Below, one piece after another: positions 7,614 to 17,217 of a DNA stretch of 21,750 bases. Source of the DNA: Bacteroidia bacterium (GTDB lineage Bacteria > Bacteroidota > Bacteroidia > Bacteroidales > VadinHA17). Below the pieces are notes generated by a model, which was given only the letters and a program-made list of their open reading frames with translations, had not been told where the DNA came from and did no database searches. The translations under genes were made by a program, and so were the position numbers. Position 1 is the first letter of the stretch. Every line of letters begins with the position of its first letter. The DNA lies in NCBI GenBank assembly GCA_026391215.1, contig JAPLDX010000122.1, positions 1-21,750 of the forward strand. The letters are read 5' to 3'.

Positions 7614-9869
7614 ATTATACAAGGATATGAAATACTGATCAAAGGGCTGGTCCAGGGTGTCGGATTTCGCCCTTTTATTTGCAGAATGGCCTCAAAACAC
7701 GGACTCCAGGGATATGTCGAAAATAGAACCGATGGCGTCTCAGTGATTGTGCAGGGCGATCTTAAAACTATCGACAGTTTCAGCAATGATATCCTTCGGC
7801 TTGCCCCTCCGGCATCACAGATAAAATCTATAGAAATCAACGAAGTAAAGATACCAGGCTTTGACAGCTTTAAAATTACAGGGAGTAAAACATATGATAA
7901 TCAGATTACTGAAGTAAGCCCTGATATTGCGGTCTGTCCTGAATGCCTGGCTGATATTGAAAAGGATCCGGGGAGAATAGATTATCCGTTTGTTAACTGC
8001 ACAAACTGCGGTCCGAGGTTTACGATAATTGAAGGGCTTCCCTATGACCGTCCGAAGACAACAATGAAAAGCTTCAGGATGTGCGCAAAATGTAAATCAG
8101 AGTACAATGATATTCTTGACCGCCGTTTTCATGCTCAACCCATAGCATGTAATTCATGCGGACCGGCTTATAGCTATAAGGACCGCACCAAAAGCCTTGG
8201 CAGGATAAATGAAATATTGCAGGAGGTGTCCGCACAGATAGCCTCAGGCAGAACAGTAGCTGTCAAAGGGATGGGAGGTTATCACCTTATGTGTGACGCA
8301 TTGAATAACAATGCAGTAAGCGAACTGAGAAATAAGAAACAGCGTGATGCAAAGCCTTTTGCCGTAATGTTCATGGATCTTCACACAGTTAAAAACTACT
8401 GCTTCCTTGATGACGCGGAGGAAAAGGAGCTTACCTCATGGCGAAGGCCTATCCTGATCCTGAAACAGAAGAAACAGCTGTCAGCAGCAGTAAGTGACGG
8501 ACTGAATACAATAGGAGCCATGCTGCCTTATATGCCCCTTCATTATATGCTGTTCAGGGTGCTGAAAACACCTGCTGTTGTTCTTACCAGCGGCAATTTG
8601 TCCGATGAACCAGTAATCATCAACGACCTTATCGCTGAAAAAAAGCTGATGCCGGTTGCTGACTCCATACTAAGCTTTAACAGGCAGATCCTTAACAGAA
8701 CTGATGATTCAGTAGTACGGTTTATTGACCGTAAAATAACCATAATACGAAGATCCAGAGGATTTGTCCCTCGTCCGGTAGATCTTAAATTCAACGTTGA
8801 AGGGATACTGGCACTGGGCGCTGAACAGAAAAACAGCTTCTCTCTTGGCAGGGGAAATCAGGCAGTTATGAGCCAGTATATCGGAGATCTTAAAAATCAT
8901 GCGACATATGATTTTTTTATTGAGTCAATTGACAGATTTTCAAAGCTTTTCAGATTTAAGCCACGCTGCATCGCATGTGATCTTCATCCGGATTATCTTT
9001 CAACACGGCTTGCCGAAGAACTTGAGAAGGAATTAAAAATTCCTCTTATCAGAATACAGCATCACCATGCTCATATTGCTTCATGCATGGCTGAAAACGG
9101 GATTGACGATGAAGTTATCGGGGTCAGCCTTGACGGAACAGGCTTCGGCACAGACGGTAAAATATGGGGAGGCGAGTTTATGATAGCCGACCTTAAGAAT
9201 TTCAAAAGGTTCTCCGGTTTCGATTATATACCTCTGCCCGGAGGTGAAAAGGCAATTGAGGAACCATGGAGAATGGCATTTTCATATATTCATAAATATT
9301 TCGGTGACAGCTTTGATTTTAACTCCATGCCCCTGTTCGGGATTATTGAAAAGAAAAAGCTGTCACTTATCAGGGAGGCGCTCGATAAGAAAATAAATTC
9401 ACCGGAATCTTCAGGAGCAGGCAGGCTGTTTGATGCCGTCTCCGCGATCCTCGGACTTTGTATTACAGCAAGATTTGATTCAGAAGCTCCAATGAGGCTT
9501 GAATCTGCAATAAATGATGAAACAAATGACTTCTATCCTTTCAGAGCAGAAAAGACCATTCTGTTTTCCGATACCCTGAAAGCCGTTATTGAAGATATGA
9601 AACATAAGTCAGCTTCAGTTATCTCCGCTAAATTTCATAACACTGTTGCGCAGGTTATCCTTGAAGTATCAAAGCAGATCAGGAAGGAAACATCCATTAA
9701 CAAAGTGCTTCTTTCAGGCGGTGTTTTCCAGAATAAATATCTTCTGGAGAAATCTTTGTATCTTTTGAACCGCAACAGGTTTAAAGTATTTACAAACCAC
9801 ATTGTTCCGGCCAATGACGGAGGTATATCACTTGGTCAGTTAGTAATTGCTTCTAAAACAAGAAGATAA
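7614..9869 (+). CDS. hypF: Carbamoyltransferase HypF (first ATG at 7686; homology extends upstream to ~7614)
   Basis: Acylphosphatase motif KGLVQGVGFRPF in frame at 7641-7676, zinc fingers CPEC...CTNCGPRF and CAKC...CNSCGP, VKGMGGYHL, QHHHAH, DGTGFG, SGGVFQN and NDGGISLGQ. Confidence 0.96.
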   Translation: MIQGYEILIKGLVQGVGFRPFICRMASKHGLQGYVENRTDGVSVIVQGDLKTIDSFSNDILRLAPPASQIKSIEINEVKIPGFDSFKITGSKTYDNQITEVSPDIAVCPECLADIEKDPGRIDYPFVNCTNCGPRFTIIEGLPYDRPKTTMKSFRMCAKCKSEYNDILDRRFHAQPIACNSCGPAYSYKDRTKSLGRINEILQEVSAQIASGRTVAVKGMGGYHLMCDALNNNAVSELRNKKQRDAKPFAVMFMDLHTVKNYCFLDDAEEKELTSWRRPILILKQKKQLSAAVSDGLNTIGAMLPYMPLHYMLFRVLKTPAVVLTSGNLSDEPVIINDLIAEKKLMPVADSILSFNRQILNRTDDSVVRFIDRKITIIRRSRGFVPRPVDLKFNVEGILALGAEQKNSFSLGRGNQAVMSQYIGDLKNHATYDFFIESIDRFSKLFRFKPRCIACDLHPDYLSTRLAEELEKELKIPLIRIQHHHAHIASCMAENGIDDEVIGVSLDGTGFGTDGKIWGGEFMIADLKNFKRFSGFDYIPLPGGEKAIEEPWRMAFSYIHKYFGDSFDFNSMPLFGIIEKKKLSLIREALDKKINSPESSGAGRLFDAVSAILGLCITARFDSEAPMRLESAINDETNDFYPFRAEKTILFSDTLKAVIEDMKHKSASVISAKFHNTVAQVILEVSKQIRKETSINKVLLSGGVFQNKYLLEKSLYLLNRNRFKVFTNHIVPANDGGISLGQLVIASKTRR

Positions 9870-10087
9870 TGTGCCTTAGTATTCCTGTGAAAATTGTGTC
9901 AATTGATGGCGACATTGCAGAAGTATCTGCAGGAGGAACTCTTTTTAAAGCCGGAATGCAGATGATTGATAATGCAAATGTCGGTGATTATGTCCTTCTT
10001 CATGCAGGTTTCGCGATTCAGAAGATAAGTGAAGAAGACGCTGCAGAGACTTATAAAATTCTCCGTGAAATGAATGATATCGGATGA
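9869..10087 (+). CDS. hypC: Hydrogenase maturation chaperone HypC
   Basis: MCLSIP N-terminus and VGDYVLLHAGFAI. TAATG overlap with hypF. Confidence 0.96.
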   Translation: MCLSIPVKIVSIDGDIAEVSAGGTLFKAGMQMIDNANVGDYVLLHAGFAIQKISEEDAAETYKILREMNDIG

Positions 10088-11172
10088 AGTATATTGATGA
10101 ATACAGGGATAAGGAATTGATAATGAAGCTGGCGGACCGGATAGCCAGTGCTGTGAAGCGGGATTATACTTTTATGGAGGTTTGCGGAGGCCATACGGCA
10201 GCAATACACAGGTTCGGAATTCCGTCACTGCTCCCGGAAAATATCAGGTTGATCTCAGGACCCGGTTGTCCTGTATGCGTTACAGATACCGGTTTTATTG
10301 ATAAGGCAATCGCATATTCGCAAAAAGAGGATGTTATAATCACTACTTTCGGAGACCTGATAAGGGTCCCCGGCTCAGCATCATCACTTGAAAAACAGAA
10401 AGCAGCCGGTGCAGATGTACGGATTATTTTTTCAGGTCTTGAAGCTCTTGAAATTGCAAAAACAAATCCCAGAAAAAAGATCATTTTCCTCGGAATTGGT
10501 TTTGAGACAACCGCTCCGGGAACTGCAGTTACAATAAAACAGGCTGAAAAAGAGAATATTAACAATTTCTTCGTTTTAAGCGCTCATAAGATAATGCCTC
10601 CTGCAATGGAAGAAATTGTAAAAGGAGGAACGAATCTCGATGGTTTTATCTGCCCTGGTCATGTAGCTGCAATAACAGGTTCATCAATTTTTAATTTTCT
10701 TCCTGAAAAATACAACCTTGGTTGTGTGGTTACCGGTTTTGAACCGACCGACCTGTTACAATCGGTACTGCTCCTGACAGAACAGGCGAACAGAAATGAA
10801 CCAAAAGTGGAAATACAGTATAACAGGGTAGTCACTGTGAATGGTAATATTAAGGCTCAAAGGCATTTAAATGATGTATTTGAGACTTGTGATGCATACT
10901 GGAGAGGTTTTGGGATAATTCAGTCCAGCGGGCTCACTCCCGGAAAAAACTTTGAAAGATTCAATGCGGAGATAAATATGCCTGTAGAGGCCGGCAAACA
11001 TGATGAAAATGAAATGTGCATCTGCGGTGAAATTCTAAGGGGATTGAAGGAACCGGGTGAATGTCCTCTTTTTGCAGATATCTGCACGCCTGAAAATCCG
11101 GTGGGAGCCTGCATGGTATCCGGTGAAGGATCATGTAATACGTGGTATAAATACAGACGTCAGGATGAATGA
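10084..11172 (+). CDS. hypD: Hydrogenase maturation protein HypD
   Basis: MEVCGGHT, GPGCPVC, GFETTAP, PGHV and GACMVSGEGSC motifs. Confidence 0.97.
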   Translation: MKYIDEYRDKELIMKLADRIASAVKRDYTFMEVCGGHTAAIHRFGIPSLLPENIRLISGPGCPVCVTDTGFIDKAIAYSQKEDVIITTFGDLIRVPGSASSLEKQKAAGADVRIIFSGLEALEIAKTNPRKKIIFLGIGFETTAPGTAVTIKQAEKENINNFFVLSAHKIMPPAMEEIVKGGTNLDGFICPGHVAAITGSSIFNFLPEKYNLGCVVTGFEPTDLLQSVLLLTEQANRNEPKVEIQYNRVVTVNGNIKAQRHLNDVFETCDAYWRGFGIIQSSGLTPGKNFERFNAEINMPVEAGKHDENEMCICGEILRGLKEPGECPLFADICTPENPVGACMVSGEGSCNTWYKYRRQDE

Positions 11173-12172
11173 TCATATCTCTCTGAATCACGGAAATGGT
11201 GGCAGGCAGACACATGAGCTGATAAAGAAGGTGTTTGTGAAGAGCTTCGGTATGACTGAGCCGCTGACTGACTCGGCCATACTTGAGGAACCTGGAAAGA
11301 CTTTTGTGTTTACAACTGACTCTTATGTTGTTGACCCGATATTTTTCCCTGGAGGGAACATCGGCAAGCTCGCTGTCTGCGGTACGGTTAATGACCTGGC
11401 AGTATCAGGCGCACTGCCAAAATACCTTGCCTGTTCTTTTATAATTGAAGAAGGTTTCCCGATGGATGATCTTATATCTGTCACAAAAGCGATGGCCGAA
11501 GAAGCTTTAAAAGCAGGGGTGAAGATCGTTACAGGTGATACAAAAGTGGTAGGGAAGGGTAAATGCGACAGGCTGTTCATAACTACTTCAGGTACCGGTA
11601 TCATTAATAAGGAGAAGGAACATATAAGTACAGGCAGGCAGGTAACTTCTGGAGACAAACTGATCATCAACGGCTCTCTCGGCAATCATGCCATAGCAGT
11701 CCTTGGTGCCCGTAACAATCTGAGTTTCAGTACACCTGTTATTTCAGACTGCGCATCGCTGAACCACCTGATTGCCGGAGTGCTTGAGAAATGCGGTGAA
11801 GTGCATTTCATGCGTGATCTTACCAGGGGAGGCCTGGCAGGGGTATTGAATGAGCTTGCTGAAATGACTGGAACCGGCATCTCAGTTAATGAACGTTCCG
11901 TTCCAATTGATGAACCTGTCAGGGGAGTATGTGAAATGCTGGGATTTGATCCGTTATACCTGGCAAATGAAGGTAAGGTGCTGATTGTGGCAGGAAAAGG
12001 ATCAGAGGAAGAAATACTTGATATTATAAGGCGTGATCCTCTTGGAGTAGATTCCGCGATTATCGGGGAGATCACGGCTGAAAACAGGGGAATGGTTATC
12101 TTGAATACAACTGCCGGAGGGAAGAGGATAATTGACATGCCTTCGGGTGTTCAGCTTCCAAGGATTTGTTAA
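11165..12172 (+). CDS. hypE: Carbamoyl dehydratase HypE (start at ATG 11165, not 11057)
   Basis: MNDHISLNHGNGG, TTDSYVVDPIFFPGGNIGKLAVCGTVNDL, RDLTRGG, ANEG and terminal LPRIC. Confidence 0.97.
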   Translation: MNDHISLNHGNGGRQTHELIKKVFVKSFGMTEPLTDSAILEEPGKTFVFTTDSYVVDPIFFPGGNIGKLAVCGTVNDLAVSGALPKYLACSFIIEEGFPMDDLISVTKAMAEEALKAGVKIVTGDTKVVGKGKCDRLFITTSGTGIINKEKEHISTGRQVTSGDKLIINGSLGNHAIAVLGARNNLSFSTPVISDCASLNHLIAGVLEKCGEVHFMRDLTRGGLAGVLNELAEMTGTGISVNERSVPIDEPVRGVCEMLGFDPLYLANEGKVLIVAGKGSEEEILDIIRRDPLGVDSAIIGEITAENRGMVILNTTAGGKRIIDMPSGVQLPRIC

Positions 12173-12182
12173 AAGAGTTTTT

Positions 12183-12524
12183 ATGCATGAGATTAAAATA
12201 GCGGAGGATCTTTCGGTAATTGTGCTGGAAACGGCAAAGAAGGAAAACCTTTCAAAGATCACCAAGGTGAATATAACCTTCGGCCAGCTTATCCAGATTG
12301 TCCCCGATATCTTCAGGTTTGCCTTTGATGAAGCTGTAAAGAATTCAGTAGCCCAGGAGGCTGAGTTGACAATTGAAGTAATACCGGTGATGATGAAATG
12401 TATAAATTGCGGAAACGATTTCCAGGTTGTTGAGAATCGCTTTTCATGTAATGTGTGTAATTCAACCGATCTGGAAATTATTCATGGTAAGGAATTGTTT
12501 ATAAAAAGTATAGAAGGAGAATAG
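12183..12524 (+). CDS. hypA: Nickel metallochaperone HypA (start at ATG 12183)
   Basis: MHE N-terminus, CINC...CNVC zinc site and GKELFIKSIE. Confidence 0.95.
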   Translation: MHEIKIAEDLSVIVLETAKKENLSKITKVNITFGQLIQIVPDIFRFAFDEAVKNSVAQEAELTIEVIPVMMKCINCGNDFQVVENRFSCNVCNSTDLEIIHGKELFIKSIEGE

Positions 12525-12527
12525 CTC

Positions 12528-13202
12528 ATGGAAATCAAAATAATGAAAAACATCCTTGACAGGAACCAGAACAAAGCCAATGAGGTGAGAAATCTGCTGG
12601 CATCAAGAAAAGTACTGATGGTGAATATAATAAGTTCACCGGGAGCAGGCAAGACTACACTGCTGGAACGTACCTGCGAAGCTCTTGCCTCAAAATTCAG
12701 GATAGGAGTAATTGAAGGGGATGTAACTACCGACAGGGATGCACAGCGTCTTAAAAAGTACAATATTCCGATTGTTGTTATAAATACTGAAGGAGGATGT
12801 CATCTTGATTCCCACAGCATCTCAAAAGTCCTCGATTCATTTGATCTTGATAATCTTGACGTTCTATTCGTTGAGAATGTAGGTAACCTTATCTGTCCGT
12901 CACAGTTTGATCTGGGTGAAACCTTTAAACTTGCGGTAGTAAGTACTGCTGAAGGAGATGATAAACCTGATAAATATCCAATGCTTTTCAGGGAGGCAAA
13001 AGCAGTCCTTCTCAATAAAATTGACCTGATCCAGTATACTAATTTTAATCATGAAAACTTCACCAGGGATCTTAAAAAGATCAATGGTAAAATACTTCAG
13101 TTCGATGTGTCATGTACCAGGGGTGATGGACTGGAGGAATGGTTTAAATGGATAACGGATCAGATAAGTCATTTAACTTCAGAACCTGAAGCCTATTTTT
13201 AA
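12528..13202 (+). CDS. hypB: Nickel-insertion GTPase HypB
   Basis: SSPGAGKTT P-loop, IEGD, GGCHLD, ENVGNLICP, EGDDKP and NKID. Confidence 0.96.
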   Translation: MEIKIMKNILDRNQNKANEVRNLLASRKVLMVNIISSPGAGKTTLLERTCEALASKFRIGVIEGDVTTDRDAQRLKKYNIPIVVINTEGGCHLDSHSISKVLDSFDLDNLDVLFVENVGNLICPSQFDLGETFKLAVVSTAEGDDKPDKYPMLFREAKAVLLNKIDLIQYTNFNHENFTRDLKKINGKILQFDVSCTRGDGLEEWFKWITDQISHLTSEPEAYF

Positions 13203-13922
13203 TTCGAGCCTGTTAAGATTCTCCTTATAGTCGACGTCGCCCAGACTATATTCTTTTTTCTGGTAACTGAAATGTGCATATCTGTAAGCAAAGCTCAGAT
13301 TAAGCTCATAATCCTCATACGCCCATGATATACCGGTACCGACAGAGAATGAACCTCCTGCTTTATAATTCTTTGGCAAGTTGTATTCTGAACCATAATA
13401 CGAATAATCATCGTTTTCACCGTAACTATCACTCCCTATCGGTACAATCACACCTCCCCTGATTAAAATAAACGGACTTACCTTGTTATCATAAAATACC
13501 TGGCGGAACTCAAGCAGCATAGGAGTAAAGGGACGTCCTATATAGACTACTCCTGAGCCAAGGCTTAATGAGGTCCTTGTGTTAAACGTATAACCAGCCA
13601 GGATATCAAAGCTGAAAGGAGCCGGGTACGTTGCATTTTGAGGACCAATGAGAAGCCCGGTTTCAAGTGATAAGATGAAACCGCCTGATTTTCTTCCATC
13701 AAACCAGGGAGCCTCTTTTGTGAATTTATCAACTTCGGGTAAACCGTAGATAAATATACTCCCATCAGATGTCTGAAATTTGTACTGAACTGAATCTGCT
13801 TCAATCAGCTTTCCGTATATTATGCTTCCGTTCTTAAGATAAAGAACATCCTTAGTTTTTTGACCAGTTAACTGTAATCCTATGATTATAAGGAAGATAA
13901 TGAATAGAGCTTGTTTTTTCAT
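13179..13922 (-). CDS. Predicted outer-membrane beta-barrel protein (hypothetical); likely start ATG 13922
   Basis: Signal peptide MKKQALFIIFLIIIGLQLTG-Q, N-terminal DVLYLKNGSIIYG module, alternating beta-strands and C-terminal LELKIGFRF (terminal Phe BAM signal). Confidence 0.75.
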   Translation of the reverse strand: MKKQALFIIFLIIIGLQLTGQKTKDVLYLKNGSIIYGKLIEADSVQYKFQTSDGSIFIYGLPEVDKFTKEAPWFDGRKSGGFILSLETGLLIGPQNATYPAPFSFDILAGYTFNTRTSLSLGSGVVYIGRPFTPMLLEFRQVFYDNKVSPFILIRGGVIVPIGSDSYGENDDYSYYGSEYNLPKNYKAGGSFSVGTGISWAYEDYELNLSFAYRYAHFSYQKKEYSLGDVDYKENLNRLELKIGFRF

Positions 13923-13994
13923 AGAGAAAGGTTTTAAGTTAATAAGGTTTAGCATGATTTTTGATTTGATTATCTTGACTAAACCTGATTTCTT

Positions 13995-15290
13995 ATGAAA
14001 GCAAAAATCATTCCAATTGTTCTTATTTCAATTTCCATTATTCTTCTGATATCCTGTGAAGATACGACATACAAGGAATACAAAGGGAATGCTCCTGTTT
14101 ATATGGGCTATTCAGAACTAAGAAAAGCTGTTAAATTAGAAGAAGATGTTCCTCTTGTTAATCCAGGAAAGATCTATTTCAAGGATAACTTCATCTTTAT
14201 TATTGAAGAACTTAAAGGTATCCACGTTTTTGATAACAGCGATCCCTCCGCTCCTGTAAAGAAGACATTTATTAATGTTCCGGGTGCAGTCGACATGGCC
14301 ATTTCTGATAATGTTCTGTACACAGACAGCTATATTGATCTTGTCGCGATTGATGTTCAGGATGTAGAAAATATCCAGGAAGTCGGCAGGGTGCATGATA
14401 TTCTCCCTTATACTGTTCCTCCTGTTGATAATGATTACCCGACATCGTATGTAGATAAATCCAAGGGTGTGGTATTAGATTGGGATTTAAAGACCATAAG
14501 AGAAAGAGTATATAACAATCCTCCTGTTTACCCGTACTATGAACTCCGGACAGATGGTTTCAAGAATTTTCCCGGAGCTGCTTCCATGTCGTCTTCAGGA
14601 TCAGGGGTGAGCAGCAGCGGTATAGGAATAGGTGGATCCATGGCGAGATTCGGTATCAAGGGAAACGTCCTGTTTCTTCTTGATAATAATAATATATCAC
14701 TATATGATATTACTGTTAAATCAGATCCGGGAGCACTTTGGGAAGTATATGCGGGATGGGGTATTGAAACAATGTTCCTGACCGAGAAAAACATGTTTCT
14801 CGGGACAACTACCGGAATGATAATCTTTGATATTACAAATCCTTACTCTATTAAAAACATTTCAAATTTCAGCCATATCCGCAGCTGTGATCCGGTTGTT
14901 GTTGACGATACACTTGCTTTTGTTACTCTGAGATCAGGGAATAATTGCGGAAGCACTGTCAATCGCCTTGACGTGGTCAATATAAAGAACCTGATAAGTC
15001 CCAGTATTGTCAGTTCATTTGCCATGAGCAATCCTCACGGTCTTGGAAAGGATGGCGACCTGCTGTTCATTTGTGATGGTGATGCAGGCTTGAAAATTTA
15101 TGATGCTTCCAATCCTCTGACAGTTGGTTACAATATTATATATACATATCCCTCAATCAATGCGTACGATGTTATTCCTGTAGGAAGCGTGCTTTTCATG
15201 ATAGGGGATGACGGACTATACCAGTATGATTATTCCGATATTCAGAATATATCTCTGTTAAGCAAGATATCTGTGGAAACTGCTGAATAG
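13995..15290 (+). CDS. LVIVD-repeat lipoprotein (predicted beta-propeller)
   Basis: Lipobox LLISC; repeats GIHVFDNSDPSAP, GMIIFDITNP and GLKIYDASNP; GIGGSMARF and SCDPVVV motifs. Confidence 0.8.
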   Translation: MKAKIIPIVLISISIILLISCEDTTYKEYKGNAPVYMGYSELRKAVKLEEDVPLVNPGKIYFKDNFIFIIEELKGIHVFDNSDPSAPVKKTFINVPGAVDMAISDNVLYTDSYIDLVAIDVQDVENIQEVGRVHDILPYTVPPVDNDYPTSYVDKSKGVVLDWDLKTIRERVYNNPPVYPYYELRTDGFKNFPGAASMSSSGSGVSSSGIGIGGSMARFGIKGNVLFLLDNNNISLYDITVKSDPGALWEVYAGWGIETMFLTEKNMFLGTTTGMIIFDITNPYSIKNISNFSHIRSCDPVVVDDTLAFVTLRSGNNCGSTVNRLDVVNIKNLISPSIVSSFAMSNPHGLGKDGDLLFICDGDAGLKIYDASNPLTVGYNIIYTYPSINAYDVIPVGSVLFMIGDDGLYQYDYSDIQNISLLSKISVETAE

Positions 15291-15345
15291 GGTAATGCGG
15301 TCCCGCAGTCGATTCGTACCATAGTTTAATTTTTCCGTTATATCT

Positions 15346-15417
15346 TTGTACCATCGTACCATTGTACCATTGTACCTTTGTACCTTTGTACCGTTGTACC
15401 GTTGTACCGTTGTACTA
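15346..15417. repeat. Octamer tandem array (TTGTACCN) x9
   Basis: ttgtacca, tcgtacca, ttgtacca, ttgtacct x2, ttgtaccg x3, ttgtacta. A lone tcgtacca copy lies at 15314-15321. Confidence 0.92.
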
Positions 15418-15557
15418 TTCTTTAGTTTCGTTCTAAATTAGTAACTATGACTTTTATAAGCTTTTTTTAGAAAGTAATGTTATTAAATTAGCGGCGCTTT
15501 TCAGAAAGCTGAGAATATAAAATTAATAATATTTAATTACTTAAAATTCAAACAGTT

Positions 15558-16025
15558 ATGTACCAAGTAGGAAACCTTGTGAAGGAGTTATCCGATAAGC
15601 ATGGTCGCACAAGAGAGAGTCTTATGCCTATACTCCAGGGTATAGTTGAAAGACATAATTATCTCACTGATGAGGCTATGGTCGAAGTTGCTAAAGAACT
15701 CGATATATCGGCAGCAGAAGTTTACGGAACGGCATCATTTTATACTTTCCTTGACACTAGTGTGAGAGGAAGGTATGTGATAAGAGTCTGTAAAACAATA
15801 ACATGCTCAATGAAAGGAAAAGGTGAAGTAATCCAAACCCTTGAAGATATGCTTAAGATCAAGGTTGGAGAAACTACTTCAGACAGGCAGTTCAGTCTTA
15901 TTGAGACCAATTGTATCGGATGGTGCCATAAAGCTCCTGCAATACTGATTAACGAAATACCTTATACAGAGCTTACCCCGGAAAAAGTTGTTGAGATTAT
16001 TAAAGGTTATATGCTAAAGAAATAA
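15558..16025 (+). CDS. hydC: [FeFe]-hydrogenase gamma subunit (NuoE-like, thioredoxin-fold [2Fe-2S])
   Basis: VYGTASFY, CKTITC and NCIGWCHKAP motifs. First gene of a hydCBA cluster. Confidence 0.9.
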   Translation: MYQVGNLVKELSDKHGRTRESLMPILQGIVERHNYLTDEAMVEVAKELDISAAEVYGTASFYTFLDTSVRGRYVIRVCKTITCSMKGKGEVIQTLEDMLKIKVGETTSDRQFSLIETNCIGWCHKAPAILINEIPYTELTPEKVVEIIKGYMLKK

Positions 16026-16037
16026 TACCCTGAAGAC

Positions 16038-17198
16038 ATGGAAAAAAGAGGACTAAACAAGGTAGATCTTATTTTTGAAAAAGTAGATCCAAAAGAGGTT
16101 CTGACTAAGGCTTTTACAATGAAGAGTGATGAAATCATTCAGCAGATTCTTGATTCAGGGCTTAAAGGACGAGGCGGCGCCGGTTTCCCAACCGGGCTGA
16201 AATGGAAATATACCGCAGCGGTGAAGGAACCGGAAAAATACGTTGTCTGCAACGCTGATGAAGGTGAACCAGGGACATTTAAAGACAGGGAGATGCTGGA
16301 CAAGGTGGCATACAAGGTTTACGGTGGTATGGTAATTGCCGGCAAAGCTATCGGCGCCAAAAAGGGTATAGTTTATCTGAGGGGAGAATACAGGTATCTT
16401 ATCCCTCAGCTTTTAATGGAGCTTGAATCATTCCACAAGCTTATTAAGGCCATTGGATTCGACTTTAAGATAAACTATTGTCTCGGCAGCGGAGCCTATA
16501 TCTGCGGCGAGGAGAGTGCACTCTTTGAATCGGTTGAGGGCGGACGCGGAGAACCGCGTAACAAGCCTCCATACCCGACTACTTCAGGAGTATTCAACAA
16601 GCCTACCTCAATCAACAATGTAGAGACTCTTGTTACTGCAATGATGATAATCAAGCATGGTCCTGAGTCTTACAGCCAGCTCGGAACAAAAGACTCCAGA
16701 GGTTCCAAGGTATTCTCTATTTCCGGTGATACTCCGACACCAGGCATCTTTGAACTGGAACTCGGTATGTCAGTTCATGAATTTGTAAATGAATTCGGCG
16801 ATGGGGATACCAAGGCAGTACAGGTTGGAGGAGCTTCAGGCTTCTGTGTGCCAAGAAAAAAATTCCAGAGCACAGTTATCGGTTTTGAGGGTGTGCCGAC
16901 CGGCGGATCAATGAAGCTGTTCAACAGTTCACGGTCAATGTACAATGTACTTCATAATTATCTTGACTTCTTTGCAGAAGAGTCATGCGGACAATGCACT
17001 CCATGCAGGGTTGGTTGCCAGCAGCTGCTTAAAGGAGTCGAAAAGGTCAAAAAAGGAGAGGTCAAATCAACCTACCTGAATGAGCTTCTGAAGCTGGCTG
17101 ATACTATGAAAGTTGCTTCCAAATGTGGTCTGGGACAATCAGTTGGTAATGCATTCAGAACAATTGTTGAGAACTTCAGGGAAGAGATAATATACTAA
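16038..17198 (+). CDS. hydB: [FeFe]-hydrogenase beta subunit (NuoF-like FMN/NADH-binding), short form
   Basis: 386 aa with GRGGAGFPTGLKW, CNADEGEPGTFKDR, GAYICGEE and ESCGQCTPCR...CGLG. It ends after this single [4Fe-4S] site. Confidence 0.92.
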   Translation: MEKRGLNKVDLIFEKVDPKEVLTKAFTMKSDEIIQQILDSGLKGRGGAGFPTGLKWKYTAAVKEPEKYVVCNADEGEPGTFKDREMLDKVAYKVYGGMVIAGKAIGAKKGIVYLRGEYRYLIPQLLMELESFHKLIKAIGFDFKINYCLGSGAYICGEESALFESVEGGRGEPRNKPPYPTTSGVFNKPTSINNVETLVTAMMIIKHGPESYSQLGTKDSRGSKVFSISGDTPTPGIFELELGMSVHEFVNEFGDGDTKAVQVGGASGFCVPRKKFQSTVIGFEGVPTGGSMKLFNSSRSMYNVLHNYLDFFAEESCGQCTPCRVGCQQLLKGVEKVKKGEVKSTYLNELLKLADTMKVASKCGLGQSVGNAFRTIVENFREEIIY

Positions 17199-17217
17199 TA
17201 TAAAATTTATAGAAATA

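Noticed and set aside
11057-11164. N-terminal extension of HypE in the ORF track (likewise 12132-12182 for HypA)
   Set aside because: These overlap upstream genes. Family N-termini begin at ATG 11165 and ATG 12183.
15346-15417. CRISPR array
   Set aside because: Contiguous 8-nt units with no spacers and no cas genes.
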